64,000 nucleotides of DNA, from contig OZ245020.1 in assembly GCA_965223865.1 (NCBI GenBank), positions 1,600,001 to 1,664,000 on the forward strand, in the 5' to 3' direction. This document shows, one piece after another, positions 18,201 through 26,944 of the stretch. The notes under the pieces were generated by a model that saw only the letters and a program-made list of their open reading frames with translations, ran no database searches and was not told the origin of the DNA. This DNA is from Nitrosarchaeum sp. GTDB taxonomy: Archaea > Thermoproteota > Nitrososphaeria > Nitrososphaerales > Nitrosopumilaceae. Both the position numbers and the translations under genes were made by a program. Within the stretch, counting starts at the first letter, position 1. Every line of letters begins with the position of its first letter.

Positions 18201-18341
18201 ATAAAATGTGCAAAAACTGTTAAACAAAATCTTTCTGGTTTATCAACAAAATCATCTGGTCAATTAAGAAAAAAAATTCGAACAATGCTTGAAAAAGAAT
18301 TAGACATAATAAATGAAAAATCGAAACAGCTATTAAAATAA
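15201..18341 (+). CDS. Type IIG/IIL-like restriction-modification fusion (REase + N6-adenine MTase + TRD)
   Basis: N-terminal RIDAVFGNLIIEFK (PD-(D/E)xK), GEFYTP, DPSCGSGTF (motif I), IGNPPW (motif IV), long C-terminal TRD. Confidence 0.9.
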   Translation: MIVKVLELLEEELPKYIEEVKLKHSENAKAVAFSSFIQKVFDIESKDLDFEVPIKTEVLEMRGRIDAVFGNLIIEFKKDLLKSLEEAKDELEKYFQAFKERYSDANYLGIANDGIRFQVYQPIFEDKKIKEIEKIDEINLENSSPRDVFLWFDSYFFTSEKIIPTSDDLKKRFGLDSPTFSAMRRQLEELFNKVFEYRPVKVKYDSWARYLEIVYGDKPNEKKLFFKHTYLSTFVKLLVHIKLTKNSQRQNHSIVPILFGDTFTQYGINNFLEEDFFTWIMFVTIRKQASKIFEKLLDELYVYDLDKIDEDVLKELYQELVDPDVRKLLGEFYTPDWLAEKMIDESLQKNPLSSVMDPSCGSGTFLFKTIRYKIDRLKKDRLSNSEILNHIVENVIGFDVHPLAAIISKTNYLLALRDLLSSKTGSISIPVFLSDSLKVPTKKMDVALGVTLFEYTALDKKFVFPVDIAKNMQKMDQVIDSLRTHGIEFEKIYDRKYESSYVDNTVIDGAYENLVQSFKRSLVKVVSKSELIILEQNVKTLFDLIKEESNSIWTYVLRNMYKPIAVSYRKVDLLIGNPPWLGLNNMKNEEYQDYLRERSKHYLLTEKRKSQNISNLNLATLFFVQCVDQYLDNKGKISFVMPQGILFASQHANFLKFEKIPIKLTQIYDLEKVTPLFRILSCVIFGTKGSTTEYPITSYDVSGNLPSNNSNLETAKSVLTFKKLEYSPVERKEEKSFYYDRFSQGAQIIPRCFWFVDLLSDSFLGFNPEKPLVESSENKDAKHPWDKIRLKGNVEKQFLSTSILSKDVVPFGNLPRRVIVVPLLMDEHNVKLLDNSQQIEISGLSISKYLEDAEKKWEKNAPVKSRKNMTIYDRIDYQKDLSSQNPFQGYTVLYVKSATYLASCVIENNEISLIPVGENSLKIKGFFAEGTTYFFTTDSKEEAYYLCSIFNSKTLDEKIKPFQSRGMFGGARDIHKLPLSFNILKYDSSNKIHKLLSDEGIKCAKTVKQNLSGLSTKSSGQLRKKIRTMLEKELDIINEKSKQLLK

Positions 18342-18353
18342 GTTTCAAAATTT

Positions 18354-19757
18354 TTAAAGACTGAACTTAGTTCCTTCAGTAATCATAGTTACATTTTGTT
18401 CAATAGTTTTGTAAACCTCTGGATGTTCAGTGTGAATTGGAAAAATGAGTTTTCCACCAATCTCTGAAACTGCTTTGAGAAGATCACTTCCTCTAGCATG
18501 ACCTGAGCAATGACTCTGAAATTTATGCATACCAAAGTGATCAATCCATGCATTAAGTCGTTCCTGAGATAATTCTTGTTCCTCATTATATGGTTCAGAT
18601 GAAGAGTGGATATATCTTGCACCCGGTTTTAGTTTCATGTCAATTAGAGCAGTAAAACTGTAAAATCCTATGGCACAAAGCACCTTATCTGGTCTCTGAG
18701 CAATTTGTTCAGCTGTCCATGTATTATGCAAATCTAAAAATTCTTTATCTTTACCTTTGTAATCTCTATCGGAGTATGTTCCAGATCCTCTTTTTGGAAG
18801 ATAAATGATAATGTCTTCATCGTCAATATTTGGAACATCAAGATGCTTATCTTGTGAGAGATATTTTAAAAAATAAGCATCATTGATTTTTACAACAAAC
18901 TTTCTTCCTGTCTGTTTTGCAATATTAAAAAATGTACGAAGTCTATCAACATCTTTGAAATTAAAATCTGCAAAAACTAGATTATTAGTTTCATTCACGG
19001 TTTGACTAGATTCTTGGTAAACTTTTTGTTCAGATTCGTCTGTTTCTTTGTCTGTTATTCTAGTTCCTTCAGTGATTAATGCAATTGGTTTTATTTCTTT
19101 TGCACGATTGATAAAATCACATGTCATCTCAGAGTGTGTTCCATGTAGTCTAATATCTCCAGTATATGCAATTGGACCTTCTGATGTCCAAATAATGAAA
19201 CCATAGGCTCCAGGTACTGAGTGATCTACATGAATTGGTTCTACTTCTAATGAACCAACCTTGAATTTATCACCAGTTCTAAATTCATTAATTGTTCTTC
19301 TGATGGGAGAATCTTTTAGACTGTAAGGTCTTGGTTTGTAGTCAAGAATTTCTTTTTCAATAGTTCTTGATGCACGTTCTGATAATGCTTTGAGAATCAA
19401 ATGACATGCTGAGCCCATATGGATTGGTATGTCTTCATGCAGAAATGAAATGTAATCAGCATGGTCTGCATGAGCATGAGTTAGAAGAACTGCATCAATA
19501 TCTGGTTCTTGAGGTTTTCTACCCGCCATCACCATCAAATCATCTCGATAAACCCCTGGGATATCAGGTACTAGCCCCATGGTCAGAAAATCTACGATTC
19601 CATTGGAGGTTCTAGGATTGAGATATTCCTCAAAATAGGTTGCACGTCTTGAGAAACTCTTGCCAAAATCTAAGAAAACTTTGGTATCTTTATCTTCCAG
19701 CAGTATTTTATTTCCTCCAATTTCATTAACACCACCATAGAAGGTCAGAGAAGTCAC
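18354..19757 (-). CDS. MBL-fold beta-CASP (RNase J-like) nuclease
   Basis: GGVNEIGGN, LDFG, THAHADH, VDHS, YTGD, HCSGHA, PIHTEH. Confidence 0.85.
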   Translation of the reverse strand: MTSLTFYGGVNEIGGNKILLEDKDTKVFLDFGKSFSRRATYFEEYLNPRTSNGIVDFLTMGLVPDIPGVYRDDLMVMAGRKPQEPDIDAVLLTHAHADHADYISFLHEDIPIHMGSACHLILKALSERASRTIEKEILDYKPRPYSLKDSPIRRTINEFRTGDKFKVGSLEVEPIHVDHSVPGAYGFIIWTSEGPIAYTGDIRLHGTHSEMTCDFINRAKEIKPIALITEGTRITDKETDESEQKVYQESSQTVNETNNLVFADFNFKDVDRLRTFFNIAKQTGRKFVVKINDAYFLKYLSQDKHLDVPNIDDEDIIIYLPKRGSGTYSDRDYKGKDKEFLDLHNTWTAEQIAQRPDKVLCAIGFYSFTALIDMKLKPGARYIHSSSEPYNEEQELSQERLNAWIDHFGMHKFQSHCSGHARGSDLLKAVSEIGGKLIFPIHTEHPEVYKTIEQNVTMITEGTKFSL

Positions 19758-19867
19758 ACATCAAAGTCATATTATCATACATAAAAATACGATCAGATGA
19801 TTACAAACCACAAGTAAAGCTCAAACTGTTCCTGATCTTTTAAACAGAGAGTAGTGTAAACCTATCA

Positions 19868-20944
19868 TTGACTGAAAAAAAAGACAAGATCTCAATTTCC
19901 AGAAGACAACGAAATGCAGCATACAAAGCATGGGAAACAATGAAAAGACGGAAATGGGAATCAAGAGGAGAATTTTCTGAGAAGATAAAAGATTACATGA
20001 CATTACAACAGATTTCCAGAGTCAATCATCCAGAGTTAGAAGAGAAGATTCCTGAAAAAATAGCAAAGGGGATTGTAAGTCTTTTTCATAAAACACCAAA
20101 AGATATTGCTTGTGGTAAATTTTGGGAGTTACGTTGGGCTTATGGTTGCCCTTTGGATTGTAACTATTGTTATCTTCGTGGTACAATGAGAGGAAATATG
20201 AAACCAAGTCCATTAAAATCGGAACACGTTCTAAAAGCCATTGATGAGGCATTTGCAAAAATTAAAACACCATCTATTTTCAATACAGGTGAGCTTTCAG
20301 ATTCTCTGATGTTTCCATCGTTGATGGAGAAGATTGTAGATAAATTTGAAGAACAATCAACGCACAAAGTTGCATTACTTAGTAAAATGGGAACTCATCA
20401 TATTGATTTCCTTATGAAAAAATTACGAAAACAAACAATATGTTCATGGAGTATAAACGCAATTCCAGTGGCAAAGAGATGGGAAAAGGCCGCTACTGAT
20501 CCATACGATAGAATAGCTGCTGCATCGATGGTTGATTCGATGGGATATGACACACGAATACGAATTGATCCAATTTTTCCAATCTTCGAATGGAAAAAAC
20601 ACTACGAAGAAATTATAGATTATTTATTCTCAAAGTTGGAGCCTAGAAGGATAATTTTAGGCACACCTAGAGGATTATGGAAGACAATAAAGTATGCAAA
20701 GAATGCCAAAATAGACATGTCATGGGCAAATTTCTTCAATGAAGATTCTAGCTGGGGTAAAAAATTAGAATTTAACCAAAGAATGGAAATCTACCAATTT
20801 TTGATGGATAAATTAACATCAATCGGCTATTCACAATCCAAAATTAGCATGTGTAAGGAAACTACAGAAATGTGGTCTAAAATTGGACTCGATTACAAAC
20901 CATTAACCTGCAGTTGCTATGGAAAAAATGCGTTATCTATTTAG
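19868..20944 (+). CDS. Spore photoproduct lyase-like radical SAM protein
   Basis: GCPLDCNYCYL (CxxxCxxC), FNTGELSDSL, WSIN, RIDPI, MCKE as in the SplB family. Confidence 0.8.
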   Translation: MTEKKDKISISRRQRNAAYKAWETMKRRKWESRGEFSEKIKDYMTLQQISRVNHPELEEKIPEKIAKGIVSLFHKTPKDIACGKFWELRWAYGCPLDCNYCYLRGTMRGNMKPSPLKSEHVLKAIDEAFAKIKTPSIFNTGELSDSLMFPSLMEKIVDKFEEQSTHKVALLSKMGTHHIDFLMKKLRKQTICSWSINAIPVAKRWEKAATDPYDRIAAASMVDSMGYDTRIRIDPIFPIFEWKKHYEEIIDYLFSKLEPRRIILGTPRGLWKTIKYAKNAKIDMSWANFFNEDSSWGKKLEFNQRMEIYQFLMDKLTSIGYSQSKISMCKETTEMWSKIGLDYKPLTCSCYGKNALSI

Positions 20945-22055
20945 CAAATTCAATCATACACTTTTCTGGATAATCTAATCGTTTAGTAGATCGATCAGTT
21001 ACGTTAATAATTTTGGGTGGAATGGCTTTTTCCAATGGTCGTAAAACTTTGGTTTTAGTAAAAAGAAAAGGAGTTTCGGTAATCACATACTCATGAATTT
21101 CTTCTAAAAGAACCGTTTTTCCTTTAAAATGTTCAAAAATCATTTTTCCAACCTCTGAAATCCAGTATTCTTCATCATTATAATCTAACAAAAACGTTTG
21201 ATTAGGATTTGTTCTGTCTGAAAATTTGTAATAACCGCCTTGGCCAACTTTCTGCATGGCTCTTTTGATTACCTCTAAACCTCTCCAATGTTTTGTTCCA
21301 TAAACCAGATGGTAAATTGTATTGTTATCCGAACCAATCATTTCAAATGTTCTAACAAATTTTGCACCACCAACATTTTTTAGTTGTTGTACGTACAATT
21401 CTAAAAGAAACTTACGTTTTTCATCGGGTGTTTCATAATCATCTACGTCTTTCCAAGAAGAAGATGCATACAATCCATTCAATGCATTTTCTCGTAGCTC
21501 GTCATGAAATCTAAGTACGAAGCCAGACATGAAAGTAACAAGCACTTCACATTTGTTGTAGTTTAACATTCTTTGTATAAGGTTCATTGGCAAACCAGAA
21601 AATCCAAATGGATCTAAAAAAGCAAAAGTTGGAGCTAACTTTGCACCATCATTTTCTAATTGGTCTAAAGTTTCTTCAAGGGATTGTGCAAATTCAGATT
21701 TTTGAACATGGTAGAGTATTTGATCATCTTCTTTGTTTTCAAGTTCTGGGAATTTAGATTTTAACACTTCTTGTAATTTATTACATCTGTCCTTATCTTT
21801 TTCAATAAACCAAAAAACAATTTTTTTGAAATGTTTTCTCATAGAATGTTCTACAGCGGTACGTATAGCGATTACAGGAGAACCTTCTTCACCTTTTGAA
21901 TAAACCCCAGGGCCAGCAAATCCATCAAGATATACTATTCGCCCATCAAATCTTGAAAGTATAGGAAACCAAGGTTTGAGATATTCACGAAGAATTTCAT
22001 GTTTAGCGTTGGTATGGGGATCAAGAGGCCAAACTGTCGAATTAATTCCGGACAA
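20937..22055 (-). CDS. tcmP: Three-Cys-motif partner protein TcmP (SAM-dependent methyltransferase fold)
   Basis: HTNAKHEILREYL, YLDGFAGPG, FAFLDPFG, YHLVYGT; adjacent to the DUF5131 gene. Confidence 0.85.
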   Translation of the reverse strand: MSGINSTVWPLDPHTNAKHEILREYLKPWFPILSRFDGRIVYLDGFAGPGVYSKGEEGSPVIAIRTAVEHSMRKHFKKIVFWFIEKDKDRCNKLQEVLKSKFPELENKEDDQILYHVQKSEFAQSLEETLDQLENDGAKLAPTFAFLDPFGFSGLPMNLIQRMLNYNKCEVLVTFMSGFVLRFHDELRENALNGLYASSSWKDVDDYETPDEKRKFLLELYVQQLKNVGGAKFVRTFEMIGSDNNTIYHLVYGTKHWRGLEVIKRAMQKVGQGGYYKFSDRTNPNQTFLLDYNDEEYWISEVGKMIFEHFKGKTVLLEEIHEYVITETPFLFTKTKVLRPLEKAIPPKIINVTDRSTKRLDYPEKCMIEFAK

Positions 22056-22198
22056 CTATATTTGATTTTATTTTAAATTCTTAATTTTTTCTATTGTTTT
22101 TCCTTTAATATTATCATAATCTAGTGAAAATAATGACTATGGAATTCATAATGGACTCGATTTATCCTTTAAATAGACTACTTTTATGGTGAGAATAA

Positions 22199-23038
22199 TT
22201 GGCTGATAATTCTGCAATAGAATGGACTGAAGCCACATGGAATCCAACTACTGGATGTACTAAAGTCTCTTCAGGATGTAAGAATTGCTATGCTGAAGCA
22301 CTGTCGAAAAGGCTCAAAGCCATGGGAATTAAAAAATACAAAAACAACTTCAAATTCACTCAACACAATAATGAAGTAGAGTTACCGCTTCGTTGGAAGA
22401 AACCTAAGAAAATTTTCGTAAATAGTATGTCTGATCTATTCCATGAAGAAGCAGAAATGGAATTTATTGCAAAATGTTTTGATACTATGACTAAAGCCCA
22501 TTGGCATGTCTACCAAGTATTGACTAAGCGACCATCAAAGATGGCAGAATTTTCAAAATTATTTTATAATTATTTTGGATTTCAAATACCAAATAATATT
22601 TGGATGGGCACAAGTATAGAAGACAACCAAACAACGTGGAGAATAAAAGAACTACGTAAAGTAAAATGTTATACTAAATTCATTAGTTTTGAACCATTAT
22701 TAGAAGACATAAACAAAGTAAACTTGTCAGGTATTGACTGGGCAATCATTGGAGGAGAAAGTGGCCATCATTACAGACCAGTAGAAAAAAAGTGGATTCA
22801 AAACCTAATCAAGCAGTGCCAAAAACAAAATGTCAAAGTATTTTTCAAACAATGGGGAGGATTTCGACCTAAAGCGGGGGGTAGAGTAATCAATGGAAGA
22901 ACATATAGTGAATATCCAAAATTAAAACCAGTTGTTAATAAACAACAAGCAATGAAAATGGATGCCATAAGAAAAGAAAAAATAAAATTCAAGAAAATCA
23001 AGTTCAAAAAAACACTTCCTCCAATTTTGAATTTATAA
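22199..23038 (+). CDS. DUF5131 / phage Gp37-Gp68 family protein (three-Cys, radical-SAM-like)
   Basis: SAIEWTEATWNPTTGCTKVSSGCKNCYAE, FVNSMSDLFH, LTKRP, SFEPLL, WAIIGGESG, FFKQWGG. Confidence 0.92.
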   Translation: MADNSAIEWTEATWNPTTGCTKVSSGCKNCYAEALSKRLKAMGIKKYKNNFKFTQHNNEVELPLRWKKPKKIFVNSMSDLFHEEAEMEFIAKCFDTMTKAHWHVYQVLTKRPSKMAEFSKLFYNYFGFQIPNNIWMGTSIEDNQTTWRIKELRKVKCYTKFISFEPLLEDINKVNLSGIDWAIIGGESGHHYRPVEKKWIQNLIKQCQKQNVKVFFKQWGGFRPKAGGRVINGRTYSEYPKLKPVVNKQQAMKMDAIRKEKIKFKKIKFKKTLPPILNL

Positions 23039-23056
23039 TTCAAAAAAATAATAGAT

Positions 23057-23941
23057 TTGTTAACTCTTAAAGAACAACTTGATTGTATTAGAGAGAACAT
23101 ATCAAATCCTATATGGTCACAGAAAGGCTTTGATTATTACGAATTACTTACAAAATTGCATTTATTATTAGTGAAAAATAATCTTCGAAAATCATACTAT
23201 GATGAAACTACGTTGGTTAGCTGTAAATATTTTGAAAATTGTTCTGATGACCAAATTGACGATATTATAATTGAACATGTTCCAGATTTCAAACCTAGAA
23301 TTAATGCATTAAATCAACTAAAAAAAATTAGTGAGAAAATGGGATTGCAAACATACCTGATTAGACAAATACCAATCGAAATCAGAACAAAATGTTATGT
23401 TCCAGAAAATATTATAAAGAAATTTGCAACTAGTTTTAGTTGTGGTAAACAGATTTTAATTTTTAATGATAAAAAAATAGAATCAGAAATTAGGCAATTA
23501 TTGACTGGCAAGAAGAGACTAGGAGACATACTAGAATATCCAAGATGTTGTGTTAATTGGATGGTTGAAACAAAAACCAAATCATTAGAAGATTGCTATA
23601 AATTTTATGAAGAAAATTTTGGTACAGAAGATCATGATAAAATGAAGGAATTTTTACTTAAAAATTTTGAAAGTGATAACATTTCAGGGAATAAAGAAAG
23701 AATGATTGAAATTCAAGATAATCATGTGATGAGAACAATTTCAACATATCCATTTGTTTTTCATCAAGCATGTAATTCATGTTTAAAAAATTCATATTCT
23801 TCTACTTCAAAATTAAATAAAAAATACAGTAATTTTGCTAAAAAAATTTCAAAAGAATTCCATGATAAAATTTTAGATGAGGCAAAAAGAATTTGGACAT
23901 TTAAACAAACTTCGTTCAATAAAAGAAATCCATTCTGTTAG
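23057..23941 (+). CDS. Hypothetical Cys-motif protein (LEYPRCC...HQACNSC; DUF483-like)
   Basis: 294-aa ORF 18 bp downstream of the DUF5131 gene; GxxLxYPxCC motif. Confidence 0.55.
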   Translation: MLTLKEQLDCIRENISNPIWSQKGFDYYELLTKLHLLLVKNNLRKSYYDETTLVSCKYFENCSDDQIDDIIIEHVPDFKPRINALNQLKKISEKMGLQTYLIRQIPIEIRTKCYVPENIIKKFATSFSCGKQILIFNDKKIESEIRQLLTGKKRLGDILEYPRCCVNWMVETKTKSLEDCYKFYEENFGTEDHDKMKEFLLKNFESDNISGNKERMIEIQDNHVMRTISTYPFVFHQACNSCLKNSYSSTSKLNKKYSNFAKKISKEFHDKILDEAKRIWTFKQTSFNKRNPFC

Positions 23942-24299
23942 ATCTTTTCTTTTAGTTTTTGGAAAATTATAATTTTGTTGCTTTTATCATAAAATTCTAA
24001 ATTAAAAAAAAGTATCCATATTGAAAATAATTTGAGAATATAATACAATTATTTTATCAATTTCAACATATTTCCGCTGATGTCATTGAATTAAGAATAC
24101 TATTAGAAAAGAGTCAACTCATATTTGAAAAAAGTAAAAAACACCTTGAAATAATGTCTCATCTTGAACCAACTACTAAAAATGTAAGTATGGTAATGAT
24201 AAAATTATCAAGCTATACACTCACATATTGTACTCCAACATAATCTGAGCCATTCATCGCAAATTTTTTTCCTTTTATGCAAATAACTCATTATTTTTT

Positions 24300-26156
24300 G
24301 TGAAGTTTGATTTCCGTTCATCGCATGAAGGGTTTGTCTTTTCAATTCCGTTGATGATTGGGATTGCATTTATCATATTTGCCGCACTAATTGGGATATC
24401 CCAGGGGTTCGTAGAGGTGGGAGGTTTGCTTGTACCTGAACTAATCACGGACATGCCCACCTTCTTTGACTATGATGAAATAACTGGGGATATGATACTT
24501 GATGGTGCTGGCAATCCTGCAACAAACGAGAGAATTGACCTTTACTGGTTGTTGGTGTCAATTTCGGTAATAATTTTGGTTGCCGTTGCAATGATTGCAG
24601 TTCTGGGTTATGTCTTTGAGGTAGCAAGATGGATTCATCCCGGCACTGCAATTGGAATCCTTAAAAAAATTGTCTTGTTTCTGATTGTATTTTTGGTGTT
24701 CCCATTTGTGTGGGATATTTACGCGATAATCATTGAGAATTTTTCATTATTTTTGCTTGATCCGTTTGGCTCAGGCGATGATCCTGCAGACAGGACGCTG
24801 GAGCTATGGCGTGCAATGGGAAGTGTAATACCAGTAGATATCTTTGATCTTGATGCATGGGCCTCGGCATTCACTGATCCTGGTGCATTTGCACAAGGAA
24901 TGATGAAAGATGTGTTTCTGGCATTGTTCAAGGGATTTGCGGTAATGTTCATGACTGCAATGATGTTTATCATCAGTACAGTCAGAATATTACTTACAAT
25001 AATCATTGCAATGTCGATTCCGTTATTGCTCACATTGAGTCTGATTCCAATGTTCAGGTCAGTCAAGGACATGCTTGTAAAGAACCTGATTGGGTTGTCT
25101 ATTGCGCCAGTATTTTCCGCCCTTGTATTGACTACGGGTCTTGCATACTTGGATTCGACTACCTTGTCTGCAATGCAGGACTGGTTTGCGTCCCTTGCAG
25201 TGGGATTTTTGGCAGTATTTTTTCCAGTGATGTTGGCACCAATGCTGGGAAACATTGTGACACAAGTTGGACAGATGATGTCTACTGCAATAATGGCAGG
25301 CTCCATAGTTGGAAGCATGGCAGGACAGGGTGCACTAGGTGGTGTTGCAAAGTCGTTGGGCAGTACAGCAGATGGAGCTGCTGCAATGGCTGGAATGAGT
25401 GGGGCTAGTGCAGGTCTTGGAAGTCTTGGAGGCAAAGAAGGCTCTGGAATGAGACCACCAATCTCTTCACAGGAACTAGGAATGGCAGGAATGGGTTCCC
25501 CTTCAATGGGACGTGTGTCAAGTGGAAGTACACCAATGGCTTTTGGAAATGATGCATTAACAAATACACCTGGAGTAATTGAGCATACACCAATTTCATT
25601 TGGAGAGAAATTCAAGACTGGAGTAAAAGGAGCTTTTTACGGCGGAAGTACAGGACTTGCCGCAGGAAGTCTGAAGGCAGCAGGGCACGTAATGCATATG
25701 GAACAGGCAGTAAATCCGATGGTCCATGACATTCAGAATGCTGGAATGAACAAAGCATTTGAAGCAGGACAGATCAGTGCAGCAAATCATTCCCTCAATG
25801 ACATCTCAAAATCCATGGCAATGATGGATCCACCACAAATCAATGTGGAAACAACACAGGCCATAATGCCTGAGACTGGAGAATCCGCCATGGCAGTAAC
25901 GAATCCAGGAGATTTAATCGACAATATGGAGAATCTTGACAGAGTTCACAATAGGTTTGGGACACTAGAAGGACAACAAGAATATCTCAATGTTCAAAGA
26001 AATAATGTACCTAATTTTGAATCTATAAAACCAGAGATACAGAATCAGATTGATCAAAGACTAGTTGAACAATTAGAAAAGCACCCATTCAGTGCAGAAA
26101 AGATTGTTGATGAAGCTAAAGTGAGTCAAGGACAGACTTTTCAAAATAGAATATAA
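24300..26156 (+). CDS. VirB6/TrbL-like polytopic conjugation channel protein
   Basis: About 8 TM helices in the N-terminal half, then a Gly/Ala/Met-rich tail typical of TrbL; ICE promoter 27 bp upstream. Confidence 0.78.
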   Translation: MKFDFRSSHEGFVFSIPLMIGIAFIIFAALIGISQGFVEVGGLLVPELITDMPTFFDYDEITGDMILDGAGNPATNERIDLYWLLVSISVIILVAVAMIAVLGYVFEVARWIHPGTAIGILKKIVLFLIVFLVFPFVWDIYAIIIENFSLFLLDPFGSGDDPADRTLELWRAMGSVIPVDIFDLDAWASAFTDPGAFAQGMMKDVFLALFKGFAVMFMTAMMFIISTVRILLTIIIAMSIPLLLTLSLIPMFRSVKDMLVKNLIGLSIAPVFSALVLTTGLAYLDSTTLSAMQDWFASLAVGFLAVFFPVMLAPMLGNIVTQVGQMMSTAIMAGSIVGSMAGQGALGGVAKSLGSTADGAAAMAGMSGASAGLGSLGGKEGSGMRPPISSQELGMAGMGSPSMGRVSSGSTPMAFGNDALTNTPGVIEHTPISFGEKFKTGVKGAFYGGSTGLAAGSLKAAGHVMHMEQAVNPMVHDIQNAGMNKAFEAGQISAANHSLNDISKSMAMMDPPQINVETTQAIMPETGESAMAVTNPGDLIDNMENLDRVHNRFGTLEGQQEYLNVQRNNVPNFESIKPEIQNQIDQRLVEQLEKHPFSAEKIVDEAKVSQGQTFQNRI

Positions 26157-26161
26157 AAAAA

Positions 26162-26944
26162 TTAATTATTTTTCTTTTGTTCTCTTTCCCATTGTTTCAT
26201 GGTCTTTTTGTACTCTTTAGAATCATAGTGTCTACCTGCATTGGCTCTCAAGACATTCAATGGGGTTTTCACCAAACCTATCATAAATTCACAAGCAAAC
26301 AGATATTCTTGTTCAGTAAGATATCTTCCCAATACACTAATCCATGCTTCAGATCCAGAAGTATACAAAAATGCATTTTCTTGATTTTTAGGTTTTAGAG
26401 TTCCTTTAACAATCTCTTTGGTTAGCATTACATCAAATAATGTTGGAAGGGCAAACCAGGTTGGTTTATTTTTATCATTTTTTTGTAAAATAGAGGGCAG
26501 CCCATATCTAAACTGAATTTTTTCATCTTCAACAACAATCCCAACATTTGAGATATTTTCTGTTTCATATTTTACTTGAATTTCTCTAGTTCTGGAATTT
26601 TCTAACTGGAAGAAATAATCGTTTAATGTAACCCATGCATTTCTTTTCTCATCATACCATGCATCATTCCAAATGTGTTCATCCGGAATATTTTGAGGTA
26701 TGTTTAGATGTCTAAAATATTCCGTATTTTTCGAATAATCTATTGCCGTTATAAGTTCTGAAATGTTTGATTTTGTTTTCGATATTTTTTCTAGTGTTTG
26801 TAATATTTCTTGTTGTTTTCCCGTACTTTCATCAAAATTATTTTCTAGTTGTACCAATGTCTTTTGATTTTCTTTTAACATTTTCTTCAAAAACGGAATC
26901 TGAACTCCTTTTGGGAATTTTTGATTATTTTGTGAAAGCATCAA
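26162..26944 (-). CDS. Hypothetical ICE protein (N-terminal coiled coil)
   Basis: 260-aa ORF; cTTTTTATGCAAA promoter 27 bp upstream on the minus strand. Confidence 0.65.
   Translation of the reverse strand: MMLSQNNQKFPKGVQIPFLKKMLKENQKTLVQLENNFDESTGKQQEILQTLEKISKTKSNISELITAIDYSKNTEYFRHLNIPQNIPDEHIWNDAWYDEKRNAWVTLNDYFFQLENSRTREIQVKYETENISNVGIVVEDEKIQFRYGLPSILQKNDKNKPTWFALPTLFDVMLTKEIVKGTLKPKNQENAFLYTSGSEAWISVLGRYLTEQEYLFACEFMIGLVKTPLNVLRANAGRHYDSKEYKKTMKQWEREQKKNN

Noticed and set aside
23975-24243. Extra copy of the ICE promoter motif (ttgcTTTTATCAT at ~23982) followed by an open stretch 24031-24243
   Set aside because: No start codon at the expected distance and a stop at 24028-24030; at most a decayed gene at the cargo boundary.
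24719-25615. 298-aa antisense ORF within the VirB6-like gene
   Set aside because: Mirror of Gly/Ala-rich codons on the coding strand; no independent motif.
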